64,000 bases of DNA from an uncultured bacterium (GTDB taxonomy: Bacteria > Desulfobacterota_D > UBA1144 > Nemesobacterales > UBA2774): assembly GCA_963705505.1 (NCBI GenBank), contig CAVPJU010000010.1:96001-160000 (forward strand). The letters are read 5' to 3'. The translations under genes and the position numbers were made by a program. The notes beneath the pieces are model-generated. The model worked only from the letters and a program-made list of their open reading frames with translations. It was not told where the DNA came from and searched no databases. Positions 42,412 to 52,620 of the stretch are shown piece after piece. The stretch's first letter is position 1. Every line of letters starts with the position of its first letter.

Positions 42412-42499
42412 TTTAATAATGAGTAGAGTTTGATAAACGACTTGTCAAGCTTTCATGACAAAAATATTACCCCGCGGTTTCTCGATGATAGAGAAGTAG

Positions 42500-42583
42500 T
42501 GTCATTTCGACCGGAGGGAGAAATCTATTTTTTACTCTTTTTCTTAATTCCCTCCTTAGAAAAGGAGGGTTAGGGAGGATTTA
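42500..42583. repeat. REP-like modules
   Basis: TGTCATTTCGACCGGAGGGAGAAATCT (cf. 25869-25895) and the TCCCTCCTT unit (cf. 41804-41847). Confidence 0.75.
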
Positions 42584-42586
42584 TAT

Positions 42587-42625
42587 TAAAACCTCGGCAC
42601 TCCCCCATCGCTGAGGGAGTGCCCG
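42587..42625 (-). terminator. Intrinsic terminator of clpB
   Basis: GGCACTCCC-loop-GGGAGTGCC hairpin followed by TTTT on the minus strand, just after the clpB stop. Confidence 0.6.
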
Positions 42626-42634
42626 GTTCAATGC

Positions 42635-45271
42635 TTACTCATTCGCCGCTTTACTCTTCTTCTCTTCCTTTTCCTTCTTCGGAGGCTTCACTTCCCTGGT
42701 CAGGACGAGGTTCTTGTCCTTACCGACATCCACTACGACATGGTCTCCCTCTTTGAAAATCCCCTTGAGTATCTCGTTCGCTAGCGGGTCCTGTATCAGC
42801 TTCTGTATGGTCCTCTTGAGCGGCCTCGCGCCGTAAACCGGGTCGTATCCCTTCTCCGCAACGAGCGCCTTCGCCTCGTCCGTGAGGTCAAGCTCTATCT
42901 TCCTCTCGGTGAGCCTCTTCCTCAGGTGCTCTATCTGTATATCGACGATCTGCTTGATCTGCGCCATTCCGAGCGCCTTGAATATGACGATCTCGTCTAT
43001 CCTGTTCAGGAACTCGGGCCTGAACGTGCTCCTCAGCACCTCCATGACCCTCTCTTCCATCGTCTCAGGCCTGTTTATGAACTCGTGTATGTACTCGCTC
43101 CCGAGGTTGGACGTCATGATGATGATCGTGTTCTTGAAATCTACAGTCCTCCCCTGACCGTCCGTCAATCTGCCGTCGTCTAATATCTGAAGGAGCACGT
43201 TGAAGACGTCCGTGTGCGCCTTTTCTATCTCGTCGAATAGAACGACGGAGTAGGGGCGTCTCCTCACCGCTTCGGACAGCTGTCCGCCCTCCTCGTACCC
43301 CACGTATCCCGGAGGCGCGCCTATGAGCCTCGACACGGTGTGCTTCTCCATGTATTCGCTCATGTCTATCCGTATCATTGCGTGCTCGTCGTCGAACATG
43401 AACTCCGCGAGCGCCCTTGCTAACTCCGTCTTTCCCACCCCCGTGGGTCCCAGGAATAAGAATGAGCCTATGGGCCTGTTCGGGTCCGATAGACCGGCGC
43501 GCGAGCGCCTGAGTGCGTTCGATACCGCCGTGATCGCCTCGTCCTGCCCTATAACCCTCACGTGGAGGTTATCCTCCATGTGTATCAGCTTCTCGACTTC
43601 CCCTTCGAGGAGCCTCGATACGGGGACTCCCGTCCACTTGGAGACGATAGACGCGATGTCCTCGGCATCGACCTCCTCTTTCAGCATCTGCTTCCCTTTT
43701 TGTACCTCGGCGAGCTCCTTGCTCAGCTTCTCCAGCTTCTGGTTGAGCTCGGGCAGCTTGCCGTAGAGAAGCTCAGACGCCCTCGAAAGGTCGCCCTTCC
43801 TCTGGGCTATCTCGGCGTCCGATTTAAGCTGGTCTATCTCCTCCTTGATCTTGCGTATCTCGGTAATATGCTCCTTCTCCCTCTTCCACTGCGCCTTGAG
43901 CGTGTTGGATTCCTCTTTCAGATTAGCGATGTTCTTTTCGATTTCCCTGAGCTTTTCCTTCGAGGCCTCGTCCTTCTCCTTCTTGAGCGCTTGCCTTTCG
44001 ATCTCGAGCTGCATTATCCGCCTCTCGATATCGTCTATCTCGGTCGGCAGGGAGTCTATCTCCATCTTGAGCTTCGCCGCCGCCTCGTCTATGAGATCGA
44101 CAGCCTTATCCGGCAGGAACCTCGCCGTGATGTAGCGGTTGGACAGGACGGCAGCCGCGATAATGGCTTCGTCCTTTATCTTCACGCCGTGGTGCACCTC
44201 GTACTTTTCCTTTAATCCCCTCAGAATTGAAATCGTCTCCTCTACCGAAGGCTCATCGACGAAGACCTGCTGGAAACGCCTTTCGAGCGCCGCGTCCTTC
44301 TCTATATATTTCCTGTACTCATCGAGCGTGGTCGCGCCTATGCAGTGCAATTCCCCCCTCGCGAGCGCAGGCTTCAGCATGTTGGATGCGTCCATCGCCC
44401 CTTCGGTCGCCCCCGCTCCTACGACGGTATGTATCTCGTCTATGAAAAGTATTACGTCGCCGCCGGCTTCGGTCACTTCCTTCAGCACGGCTTTTAACCT
44501 TTCCTCGAACTGCCCCCTGTATTTGGCTCCCGCGATAAGTGACCCGATGTCGAGCGCTATGAGCTTCTTGTTCTTGAGACCTTCCGGAACGTCCCCGTTC
44601 ACTATCCTCTGAGCGAGCCCCTCGACGATCGCAGTCTTACCGACCCCCGGCTCGCCTATAAGCACCGGGTTGTTCTTCGTCCGGCGGGATAGCACCTGAA
44701 TGACCCGCCTTATCTCCTCGTCCCTGCCGATCACAGGGTCTATCTTCCCCCGGCGCGCAAGCTCTGTGAAGTCCTTGCCGTATTGTTTCAATGCCTGTAA
44801 CGTGTCTTCGGGGGACTGGCTGCTCACTGTCTGGCCTCCCCTTATGTCTTTCAGCACACGAAGTATGCTGTCCCTCGTTATCCCGAGCTTCTTGAATTCG
44901 TTCTTTAGATCCCCTGTCGCTTCCTCGGCAATCCCCAGGAGCAGGTGCTCCGTGCTTATATACTCGTCGCCGAGCGACTTCGCTTCCTTCTCCGCCGCCT
45001 TGAAAGCCTTGCTCAGCTCGCGGCTGAGATATACCTGGTCGGATTCCCCCTGCACCTTGGGGAGCTTCCCCGCTTCCCTCAGGGCGATCTCACGGACTAT
45101 CCCCGTGTTGACCCCGAGCTTCCCCAGTATCTGTATGGGGATACCGCCCTCGGATAGGAGCGCCACAAGCACGTGGGGTATATCAACGACCTGGTTGCTT
45201 CCCTCCTGTGCGAGAGACTGGGCCTCCGAAAGGGCTTCCTGGGCTTTTATAGTCAGTTTGTCGAATTTCAT
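42635..45271 (-). CDS. clpB: ATP-dependent chaperone ClpB
   Basis: Two AAA+ domains ([16 protein letters not shown]), middle coiled coil, GAPPGYVGY. Confidence 0.98.
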   Translation of the reverse strand: MKFDKLTIKAQEALSEAQSLAQEGSNQVVDIPHVLVALLSEGGIPIQILGKLGVNTGIVREIALREAGKLPKVQGESDQVYLSRELSKAFKAAEKEAKSLGDEYISTEHLLLGIAEEATGDLKNEFKKLGITRDSILRVLKDIRGGQTVSSQSPEDTLQALKQYGKDFTELARRGKIDPVIGRDEEIRRVIQVLSRRTKNNPVLIGEPGVGKTAIVEGLAQRIVNGDVPEGLKNKKLIALDIGSLIAGAKYRGQFEERLKAVLKEVTEAGGDVILFIDEIHTVVGAGATEGAMDASNMLKPALARGELHCIGATTLDEYRKYIEKDAALERRFQQVFVDEPSVEETISILRGLKEKYEVHHGVKIKDEAIIAAAVLSNRYITARFLPDKAVDLIDEAAAKLKMEIDSLPTEIDDIERRIMQLEIERQALKKEKDEASKEKLREIEKNIANLKEESNTLKAQWKREKEHITEIRKIKEEIDQLKSDAEIAQRKGDLSRASELLYGKLPELNQKLEKLSKELAEVQKGKQMLKEEVDAEDIASIVSKWTGVPVSRLLEGEVEKLIHMEDNLHVRVIGQDEAITAVSNALRRSRAGLSDPNRPIGSFLFLGPTGVGKTELARALAEFMFDDEHAMIRIDMSEYMEKHTVSRLIGAPPGYVGYEEGGQLSEAVRRRPYSVVLFDEIEKAHTDVFNVLLQILDDGRLTDGQGRTVDFKNTIIIMTSNLGSEYIHEFINRPETMEERVMEVLRSTFRPEFLNRIDEIVIFKALGMAQIKQIVDIQIEHLRKRLTERKIELDLTDEAKALVAEKGYDPVYGARPLKRTIQKLIQDPLANEILKGIFKEGDHVVVDVGKDKNLVLTREVKPPKKEKEEKKSKAANE

Positions 45272-45500
45272 ATTTTCACTCTCTCCCTGGATGTTCTTAT
45301 TACCTTAATAAATAATAGTAATCAAAGCGGGGAATTCAACCCTGAATTATTAAATAATTTGAGACTTTTGTATGTTGTAAAGGAAGGGGTATAAGCCCGT
45401 CGGGACGCGACCCCGCGGCTCCAACCGGCAGCGTTGAGCCGCGCCTGTCGGATTTGATAGAAAAAATTAGTACTCACGGTCCTTATATTGCACGAATAAC

Positions 45501-45529
45501 TTGACTTTTTTTTGCGGAAATAATAATAT
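45501..45529 (+). promoter_or_regulatory. sigma70-type promoter
   Basis: TTGACT-N17-TAATAT upstream of AAGGAGG/ATG 45577. Confidence 0.6.
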
Positions 45530-45576
45530 GGTTGATTGTCTGGTAAGAAAAACATAATTTACATAAGGAGGCCGAA

Positions 45577-46606
45577 ATGAGTACATTGATTTCCGATGGT
45601 CTTCCTCAGGCTAGTCAGGTAAAACCGCTCAATACTTTCGAAGCGATTGGCTTGAGAAGATCAATAAGATGGTATGAACCCAATAAGCCTGTCGAAAGAT
45701 GGAAGATACAGGCTATGCTTGAAGCTTCAAGGATTGCCCCGTCCGCCGGAAACTTCAACGGACAGAGGGCTATCGTAGTTTACAGAGACGAAGACCCGGA
45801 GATTTGGGAATTCATCTCGGACTGGAGCCAGATCACGACGCAGATGGCTCCGATACTTGTTTTCTGGTGTTATGACTTGTCCTCGTACGACGTCCAGGGT
45901 CAGCAGCTCCACGACCTTATGAGGACAGGCGCCCTCGATAAGGCTCACGGATGGGAATACGACCGTGTGAACAGGCTGTTCCCGCTGCCTGCTCTTCTCC
46001 CGGATTTCGTTCTTCACAGACTCGCATGTATCGACCTGGGCAATGCAATACAAAACTCGATTCTCACGGCAACATCCCTCGGTTTGGGCTGCTGCCTAAA
46101 CGGAGCAAGCGGCGGCGCGAGGAGGAACATAAAGGATAAATTCAACCTCCCGCCATCATACGTATTCTGCTGGCTCATGACCGTTGGGTATCCGTCGGAG
46201 AACCTCGACGGCGGCGGAACCAGAGGGACGCCCCCCGTTCGAGACCATGTTCTTCAAGGGCAAGGTAGGACAGCCCTTCGAAAGGGACGCCAAGACCGTT
46301 GAGCTCCTAAAAGAGCTGAAGATGATTCAGGAGCCGGGACCGAAGCCGGGAAGGCTCGAGGAGATCAACAAGCTCACCAAGAGGTTCGGACTCGGAGACG
46401 AGTGGCTTACCGATTGGAAGCTCGGACCTTCACAGCTTAACGACCCCAAAATGGCAGTTGATACGAAGCCGGAACCCCTCCCCGCAGATCAGGTTAAAGC
46501 CTCTGCCGCAGGAGCGCCGGCCAGTGACTTTCAGCTGAATCCGACTGTTAAGAGAGAGGTCCTCGATCAGTACAGGAAAGAAAAAGGTATCGGCGACGCC
46601 GACTAA
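45577..46606 (+). CDS. Nitroreductase-family protein with C-terminal extension (+1 frameshift ~46226)
   Basis: RRSIRWY, APSAGN, IDLGNAIQN..ATSLGLGCC, TVGYP; continues RPPFETMFF.. in the next frame to 46606. Confidence 0.85.
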
Positions 46607-46626
46607 ATCAAAGGAGGTTCTAAATC

Positions 46627-46824
46627 ATGGCAGAAGTAACGATTCAGATACCGGATCCGATATTGAATATAATAAAGAAAAGGGCCGAAATGACGAAGTC
46701 CACGCCCGAGCAGCTCATAGCTACGACGGCTATCCTTTGCTACGCGTCGGCACACTATGATTCGTCCAAGTGGCTCAAGTTCCAGGACCCGAACAAGGGC
46801 GAGATGACAGCCCCCTGGAAATAA
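46627..46824 (+). CDS. Small hypothetical protein, possible ribbon-helix-helix N-terminus
   Basis: Strong AAGGAGG RBS; VTIQIPD strand + helix + STPEQLI helix pattern. Confidence 0.7.
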   Translation: MAEVTIQIPDPILNIIKKRAEMTKSTPEQLIATTAILCYASAHYDSSKWLKFQDPNKGEMTAPWK

Positions 46825-46874
46825 GGTCATTATCAGGATCTGAAAATTAAATAGGGTTACGATAAAGAACATAA

Positions 46875-46920
46875 AAAAAGCGGGGACACATCAGCCGATG
46901 CGTCCCCGCTTTTTATTTTT
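46875..46920. terminator. Bidirectional intrinsic terminator
   Basis: AAAAAAGCGGGGAC..GTCCCCGCTTTTT between convergent genes. Confidence 0.85.
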
Positions 46921-46963
46921 GGATTAATATATTCCGGTTAAGGCCCGGTAAAGCCGTTTCGGA

Positions 46964-48106
46964 TTAGATACCCAGCTCGCGCGCAATGACTATGTGCTGT
47001 ATCTCCGAAGTGCCTTCGGTGATGGATGCGAGCTTGGCGTCCCTGTAATACCTCTCGACCGGGAATTCCACGCCGTACCCGTATCCCCCCAGCACCTGCA
47101 CGGCCTCTGTCGCGACCCACTGCACCACCTCGGCCGCATGCAGTTTAGCCATGGACGCTTCCTTGAGCGCCTTCTTGTCGTTGCTGTAGAGCCAGGCCGC
47201 CTTATAGACGAGGAGCCTTGCGGTTTCTATCTTGACCGCCATCTCCGCGAGCTTGAAGCTTATCGCCTGGAATTTCGATATGTGCTTCCCGAATGCCTCC
47301 CTCTCCTTCGAATAATTGAGCGCAAACTCGAACGCCGCCTGCGATAGACCGACCGATTTCGCAGCGTGCGTTATACGCGCTCCGAGCAGCGTGTCCATCG
47401 CCCCGTTAAAGCCGCCTTCCCCGACCAGGAGGTTCTCTTCTGGTATTTCGCAGTTCACGAACACGAGCTCGGCCGTATCGGCCGACCTGTGCCCGAGCTT
47501 GTGTATCTTGTTCTTCTCCGTAAACCCCGGGGCGTCCGCATCCACTATAAAGAGGCTTATCCCGGTTCCCTTCTTCGTTTTGTCCGTGTACGCGGCCACT
47601 ATGACGTAATCGGCCATCGTGCCGTTCGTGATCCAGGTCTTTGTTCCGTTGAGATAGTATTTCCCGTCCTTCTTTGTCGCCGTGGCGCGTATGCTCCTGG
47701 CGTCGGAACCAGCGTCGGGCTCCGTCAATCCGAGAGCGCCTATGACCTTTCCCTCTATCCCCGGTATGAGGTATTTCTCCTTTTGTTCCTTCGTTCCGAA
47801 TTTGTACACCGGCACGCATGAGAGGCTGGTGTGTGCGTTGATACACATGGCGATCCCCGCGTTTATGCGTCCCATCTCCTCGGCGAATATACATTCCGTT
47901 ACTTTATCGAGGCCCACCCCCCCGTACTCCTCCGGGAATGAGATACCCAGAAAACCCATTTCCCCGAGCTTCGGGAATATCTCCTTGGGGAATTTTTCGT
48001 TCTTCTCCGCTTCCTCCACAAGGGGCGCTATCTCGTTTTCGCCGAAGTCCCGGATCGTATCCCTGAACATCTGCTGTTCTTCCGTAAACTCAAAATCAAT
48101 AGGCAT
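46964..48106 (-). CDS. Acyl-CoA dehydrogenase
   Basis: LTEPDAGSD, NGTKTWITNG, REAFGKHI, VERYYRDAK..EGTSEIQ. Confidence 0.95.
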   Translation of the reverse strand: MPIDFEFTEEQQMFRDTIRDFGENEIAPLVEEAEKNEKFPKEIFPKLGEMGFLGISFPEEYGGVGLDKVTECIFAEEMGRINAGIAMCINAHTSLSCVPVYKFGTKEQKEKYLIPGIEGKVIGALGLTEPDAGSDARSIRATATKKDGKYYLNGTKTWITNGTMADYVIVAAYTDKTKKGTGISLFIVDADAPGFTEKNKIHKLGHRSADTAELVFVNCEIPEENLLVGEGGFNGAMDTLLGARITHAAKSVGLSQAAFEFALNYSKEREAFGKHISKFQAISFKLAEMAVKIETARLLVYKAAWLYSNDKKALKEASMAKLHAAEVVQWVATEAVQVLGGYGYGVEFPVERYYRDAKLASITEGTSEIQHIVIARELGI

Positions 48107-48307
48107 AGGACCCTCCTGAAAATATAAAATTATGTCCTTTAAAAACGGGTGTCTTTTTTTGTGAGATTGATTATAGCATGATTATAAAATTTGTGTAATA
48201 AAGTCAACCGGTGGGGATAAATTTACCTTGACTTTTTTTCCACATTTTTATTATAGTAGTAGGGGGGGCGAGTCGGCGGTGGCGTAACAAAAATACATAA
48301 GGAGGTA

Positions 48308-48520
48308 ATGGCTATGGCTGTTGCTAGGATCACAGAGATAATAGGTTCATCTCCCAAATCATGGGACGACGCGGTAAAGAACGCTCTCGACAGGGCGAAC
48401 AAGACGCTCCGCGGCCTAACCGGCATAGAGGTCACGAAGATGAACGCCGCTGTCGGCAAAGGCGGAAAAATCACCGAGTACAGGGCGCACATCAGGATTA
48501 CGTTTATATTAGAGGGCTGA
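48308..48520 (+). CDS. Dodecin (flavin-binding)
   Basis: EIIGSSPKSWDDAVKNAL.RA.KTLRG, EYR..I.ITF; TTGACT-N18-TATAGT promoter at 48228-48257. Confidence 0.92.
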   Translation: MAMAVARITEIIGSSPKSWDDAVKNALDRANKTLRGLTGIEVTKMNAAVGKGGKITEYRAHIRITFILEG

Positions 48521-48880
48521 GAAGGCTGAATTCCGCCTTTTCCGAGGCAATACATATTTGAGGGGAGCGGATATTAAGCCGCTTTGAGAGATATAGGAAA
48601 GAGGTGCTTGTACAGTTATAAAGAGGGACACCCGGCTGCAATTTTACGAGGGTCATTCCTTCGGGCGTACTTCCGCTCCCCGCAGTAAAGACGGGATATA
48701 ACGTAACGGTGGCATGCAGCCGATACGCATGTAATATCTCCATAACCGCCCATTCAAAACAACTTATAATGCCTCTTCCTGCTTGCCAATGAGCGGGAAT
48801 AAACGATAGCCGGTCTCTCAGACCCTTGACTTTTATCCGTCTGGTTTATAATAGTCTTTAAAACGTTTAAGGAGTCCGAC

Positions 48881-49288
48881 ATGGCAAAGAAAGAAGGCGG
48901 CGAAAATATGTTTGCGGAATTCCTCAAAATCCTCGAGACGCAGAAGAACGAAATCGAGAAGATTACGAAGCCCATCCTGGAGAGCCAGAAAAAGGCCCAG
49001 GAGATGACGAAGCCCATGATCGAATACCAGCAGAGGCTCTTCCTGGAATCTATAGAGCTCCAGAAAGCGCTCATGGAAAACATCATGGAAACGACGAAGA
49101 GGATGCTGAGGATTATGTCCGAGAGCCCGATGAAATACGGAAGCGGAAGCCCGATGTCCGGACTGGGTATGGCGGAGGACAAGTTCTCCGAATACATGAG
49201 GAACATGCAGAAAATCCAGGATAGCTGGATGGAGCAATTAAAGAATACAGCATCCATGTTCCAGGACTTCATGAAAAAGGGTTCTTAG
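48881..49288 (+). CDS. Hypothetical amphipathic helical protein (phasin-like)
   Basis: AAGGAG RBS; all-helical, Met/Gln/Glu/Lys-rich, internal repeat EKITKPILESQ / QEMTKPMIEYQ. Confidence 0.65.
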   Translation: MAKKEGGENMFAEFLKILETQKNEIEKITKPILESQKKAQEMTKPMIEYQQRLFLESIELQKALMENIMETTKRMLRIMSESPMKYGSGSPMSGLGMAEDKFSEYMRNMQKIQDSWMEQLKNTASMFQDFMKKGS

Positions 49289-49554
49289 CAATTATTAAGC
49301 ATGTGTTGGTAGTCAGTTATAAGGCATTCTTCAAGTCTTTACATGCCTGAGAAGATTAAAGGTAATTATACCCTTTGTGTTTTTGTCCATTCTGTTCCCG
49401 CCCATATATCCCTGTTAAAATCCTTACTATGCATGAATGCTGACGCCAGGAAATATAAGCTCCCGCATAACAATATTTCCCGGTAAAATTATAATAATCA
49501 GCAATCACGGGCGGATATGAACATTAAAATCTTCGCATCTGCGTACAAAAACCC

Positions 49555-49583
49555 TTGACAACCCGATTCCGAGCCTTTATATT
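49555..49583 (+). promoter_or_regulatory. Near-consensus sigma70 promoter
   Basis: TTGACA-N17-TATATT upstream of AGGAGG/ATG 49617. Confidence 0.75.
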
Positions 49584-49616
49584 AAATTTATATCACGACT
49601 CCAGGAGGTCATTAAG

Positions 49617-50036
49617 ATGGCAACAAGCAAAAATACTTATGATGTAAAAGATTTTACCGAGCCTGTAAAGGAATTATCCAAGCTCGTAAAGGATACATAC
49701 CTTAACACGCTTGATTTCTCTATTTCGGTAGCCGAGGAAAACAAGAAGGTATTCAACAAACAGCTCGACTACGTTATCGAAGCGGAGAAAGAATACATCG
49801 GCACGATGAAGGACTTCTACGGCTCGCTGCCGAAGGAAGAATATCCCTTCGCCAAGATCGATTCCAGAGCGTTCGAGGAAGGCCTGGAAAGGGTTTTTGA
49901 GTTTCAGAAAAACTTGGTAGACTCTTTTAAGGGTATTTCGGACAACGTAGCCGCTGAAAGCCGCGAGTTCGCAAAGAAGAATATGCTTAAAGCCTTTTCG
50001 ATGTTCGATGAAGCGCTCGACTCTATAAAGGCTTAA
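49617..50036 (+). CDS. Hypothetical amphipathic helical protein (phasin-like)
   Basis: Strong RBS and promoter; helical amphipathic pattern; hairpin at 50066-50093 downstream. Confidence 0.65.
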   Translation: MATSKNTYDVKDFTEPVKELSKLVKDTYLNTLDFSISVAEENKKVFNKQLDYVIEAEKEYIGTMKDFYGSLPKEEYPFAKIDSRAFEEGLERVFEFQKNLVDSFKGISDNVAAESREFAKKNMLKAFSMFDEALDSIKA

Positions 50037-50244
50037 TTCAGCTTGAAACGTTAAAGGAAATTAAAGGGGAGAGCCCTTATCCCGGCTCTCCTCAATTTAT
50101 CAGATACTACCGTTATTACTGTTTATCCGGTTTCAAATAAGAAATTGAATAAAACCCGGAAACAGCGGGTACCCTCATATTCGTAAGGGATATTGAAGGA
50201 GCGTATAGTTTTGACTCTATGAAGAAACACCGGTCGTATCAAGG

Positions 50245-51453
50245 ATGAAGGGGAATATGAAAAAGCACAAAGCTCTGGAAAAGCTGACTCCGAGGCTCGT
50301 GGAAATCGAATCCGGCGCCCGGGATGAGGATTACGAAATATATTCTTACGAAAGGGATGAGGGGTTCGATCTCGGGGACGGAGAGTTCGATCCCGATTAT
50401 GCATCAGGCGGACACGCACCCAGGCAGAAGAGGAACCGCAAGCCCAAGCTCGAGGAGCATCTGAGGCTTCTTCACGTTTATTTCAAAGACCTCGAGTACG
50501 AAACTTCCCTCCTCTCGCCCCAGGAAGAGCTCAGGATCGCGGCGAATATCAAGAAATGCGAGAACAAGGCCGAGGCTATAAGGGCCGTTCTTTCCGAGAT
50601 TGCCAGAAACACCGAAAAGAAAAAAAGCGGCCTCAAGAGATACCCTGTCCATACAGGGACCGACATAATTGACTACATGGGCAGGTTGAATACTCTTTCA
50701 AACGCCTATGTCAAAAGATCATCCGAGCTCAAAAACAGATTCATAAAGTCGAACCTCAAGCTCGTCATAAGCATTGCGAAGAACTACATGGGAAGGGGCC
50801 TTCCGCTGGCAGACCTGATACAGGAAGGGAACCTCGGGCTGATGAGGGCGGTAGAGAAATTCGACTACACGCTCGGGTACAAGTTTTCGACCTATGCGAG
50901 CTGGTGGATTCAGCAGGCCGTATTCAGAGCGCCTTTCGAGAAAACCAAAACGATCAGAATACCGGTATATCTCTACGAATGGGCAGGCAAGGTCAGAGCG
51001 GTCACCACTATGCTGACGAAGGAGCTTGGCCGGGAGCCGACGTGCGAGGAAATAGCAAAGGAGCTCGAAATCTCCCCCGCTGTGGTGAAAAGGATAATCC
51101 AGACCGCCTCCGACGTCATGAACAACGTACAGTCCCTCGACACCCCCATCTCGAACGAAGACCAGAGAGCACACATCGAATTCGTTGAAGACAACAAGAT
51201 ACCGCCCCCCGACTCCGCGATACTGAAGAGGACGGTCCAGAACAGGATAGAGGACATACTTTCGCTGCTGACTCCGAAGGAGCGGGAGATAATCAGGATG
51301 CGTTTCGGTATCGGCATTGAAACCACTTACACTCTTAACGAGATAGGGGACAAGTTCGGCGTTACCCGCGAGAGGATAAGGCAGATAGAGAAATCCGCTC
51401 TCGACAAGATAGCGTCTTCATACATCGGGGATTATTTAAGGGACCTGGTTTAG
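50245..51453 (+). CDS. RpoD/SigA-like alternative sigma70 factor (no region 1.1)
   Basis: NLKLVISIAKNY, DLIQEGNLGLMRAVEKFD, KFSTYASWW, TRERIRQIE. Confidence 0.92.
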   Translation: MKGNMKKHKALEKLTPRLVEIESGARDEDYEIYSYERDEGFDLGDGEFDPDYASGGHAPRQKRNRKPKLEEHLRLLHVYFKDLEYETSLLSPQEELRIAANIKKCENKAEAIRAVLSEIARNTEKKKSGLKRYPVHTGTDIIDYMGRLNTLSNAYVKRSSELKNRFIKSNLKLVISIAKNYMGRGLPLADLIQEGNLGLMRAVEKFDYTLGYKFSTYASWWIQQAVFRAPFEKTKTIRIPVYLYEWAGKVRAVTTMLTKELGREPTCEEIAKELEISPAVVKRIIQTASDVMNNVQSLDTPISNEDQRAHIEFVEDNKIPPPDSAILKRTVQNRIEDILSLLTPKEREIIRMRFGIGIETTYTLNEIGDKFGVTRERIRQIEKSALDKIASSYIGDYLRDLV

Positions 51454-51803
51454 GGGACGGTGCCGCTCAGGAGGTAGGGGCGCCATTTATTCACGTAGGC
51501 GTCGAGGTCAAAAGGCGGGGTCCAGTCCTGATCCACATAGACGTAAAGCTCCTGACCCGGGTATATCTTATTCGGGTTCTGGATTGTGCCCATGTTGGCC
51601 TGATATATCTTCACCCACTGCCTGCAGTCGAGGAAATAGTATCCGGCCAATAGATGAAGCTCCTCACCGCTCTTTACGGTGTGCACGATCATCTTCTTCG
51701 GCGGCTCCGGCGGGAATTCGATGGAATTTGCAACCCGCTGTCCCAATCCCAGAACAACCAAAGTTATTATCAAAGCGGTCGTAATGCGTATCATCTTTCC
51801 CAA
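51450..51803 (-). CDS. Exported LysM domain protein
   Basis: Signal peptide; HTVKSGEEL..LAGYY..WVKIYQAN..NPNKIYPGQEL. Confidence 0.85.
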   Translation of the reverse strand: MGKMIRITTALIITLVVLGLGQRVANSIEFPPEPPKKMIVHTVKSGEELHLLAGYYFLDCRQWVKIYQANMGTIQNPNKIYPGQELYVYVDQDWTPPFDLDAYVNKWRPYLLSGTVP

Positions 51804-51901
51804 TTATAATACAATATCACTATATGGTCACCTGTTTTTTATGTTTGTAATATTCGTGATGTAAAATATCAGTCCCATAATAGAGTCAAGACAACAATTT
51901 C

Positions 51902-52351
51902 ATGCGAGCCATAATCCAGCGGGTAAAAGAGGCGAGGGTCGAGGTCGAAGGCGAGGTCGTGGGCCGGATAGGGGAGGGTATGCTCATTCTCCTTGGGGCA
52001 GGGAAGGACGATACAGAAGAGGATGCCCGGTATCTCGCGGAGAAGATTTTGACGCTTCGCATATTCGAGGACACAGAAGGGAAGATGAACCTTTCCGTCA
52101 CGGACACAGGCGGCGGTGTGCTGGTCGTCTCCCAGTTCACACTCTACGGCGACTGCAGGAAGGGGAGGCGTCCCTCGTTCGACAAAGCCGCTCCCCCCGA
52201 GCTTGCGGAGAGGCTCTACGAGCTCTTCGTGAGTGAAATCAGGGAGCGCGGAGTGAAAGTCGAGACCGGCAGATTCCGCGCCATGATGGACGTGCATCTG
52301 GTCAACTGGGGGCCCGTGACGCTTATGCTGGATAGTAAGAGGGAGTTTTAG
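51902..52351 (+). CDS. dtd: D-aminoacyl-tRNA deacylase
   Basis: [25 protein letters not shown]. Confidence 0.97.
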   Translation: MRAIIQRVKEARVEVEGEVVGRIGEGMLILLGAGKDDTEEDARYLAEKILTLRIFEDTEGKMNLSVTDTGGGVLVVSQFTLYGDCRKGRRPSFDKAAPPELAERLYELFVSEIRERGVKVETGRFRAMMDVHLVNWGPVTLMLDSKREF

Positions 52352-52354
52352 AAT

Positions 52355-52574
52355 TAAATCCTCCCTAAGCTGACATCAGCAAGTTTCCTGCGGTTTATGA
52401 GGCTTGGGTGCTCCTTAGGAAGTGTGACCGGTTCTTGCGCACGCTCAGAACCGTACCCTCCTTTTCCTAAGGAGGGAATTGAAAGATTAAAGATGAAATT
52501 CCCGATAAAAACATACGGGAATCACAGGCTGTTCACCCCCATCCTTCACCTTCCCCCCTCAAGGGGGAAGGAAT
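52355..52574. repeat. Inverted-orientation REP-like modules
   Basis: Reverse complements of the 42541 unit (split by an ~85-bp insert) and of the 25786/39077 unit (52532-52574). Confidence 0.75.
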
Positions 52575-52620
52575 CAAACGGTAAAGTTGATTTCCCCCGC
52601 TCAGGCATTATATTAAAAAA

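Noticed and set aside
42596..42623. CIRCE/HrcA operator near clpB (GCACTC...GAGTGC)
   Set aside because: The spacer is 14 nt rather than 9 and the site is downstream of clpB; better explained as a terminator. The upstream TTAGTACTC (~45467) has no matching second arm.
42882..45394. Long plus-strand ORFs opposite clpB (and similar antisense ORFs throughout the track)
   Set aside because: Shadow ORFs caused by GC-rich codon bias on the coding strand; no RBS or family motifs.
13997..52574. CRISPR array or integron attC array among the palindromic repeats
   Set aside because: The repeats are dispersed and modular rather than regularly spaced with unique spacers; no cas or intI genes.
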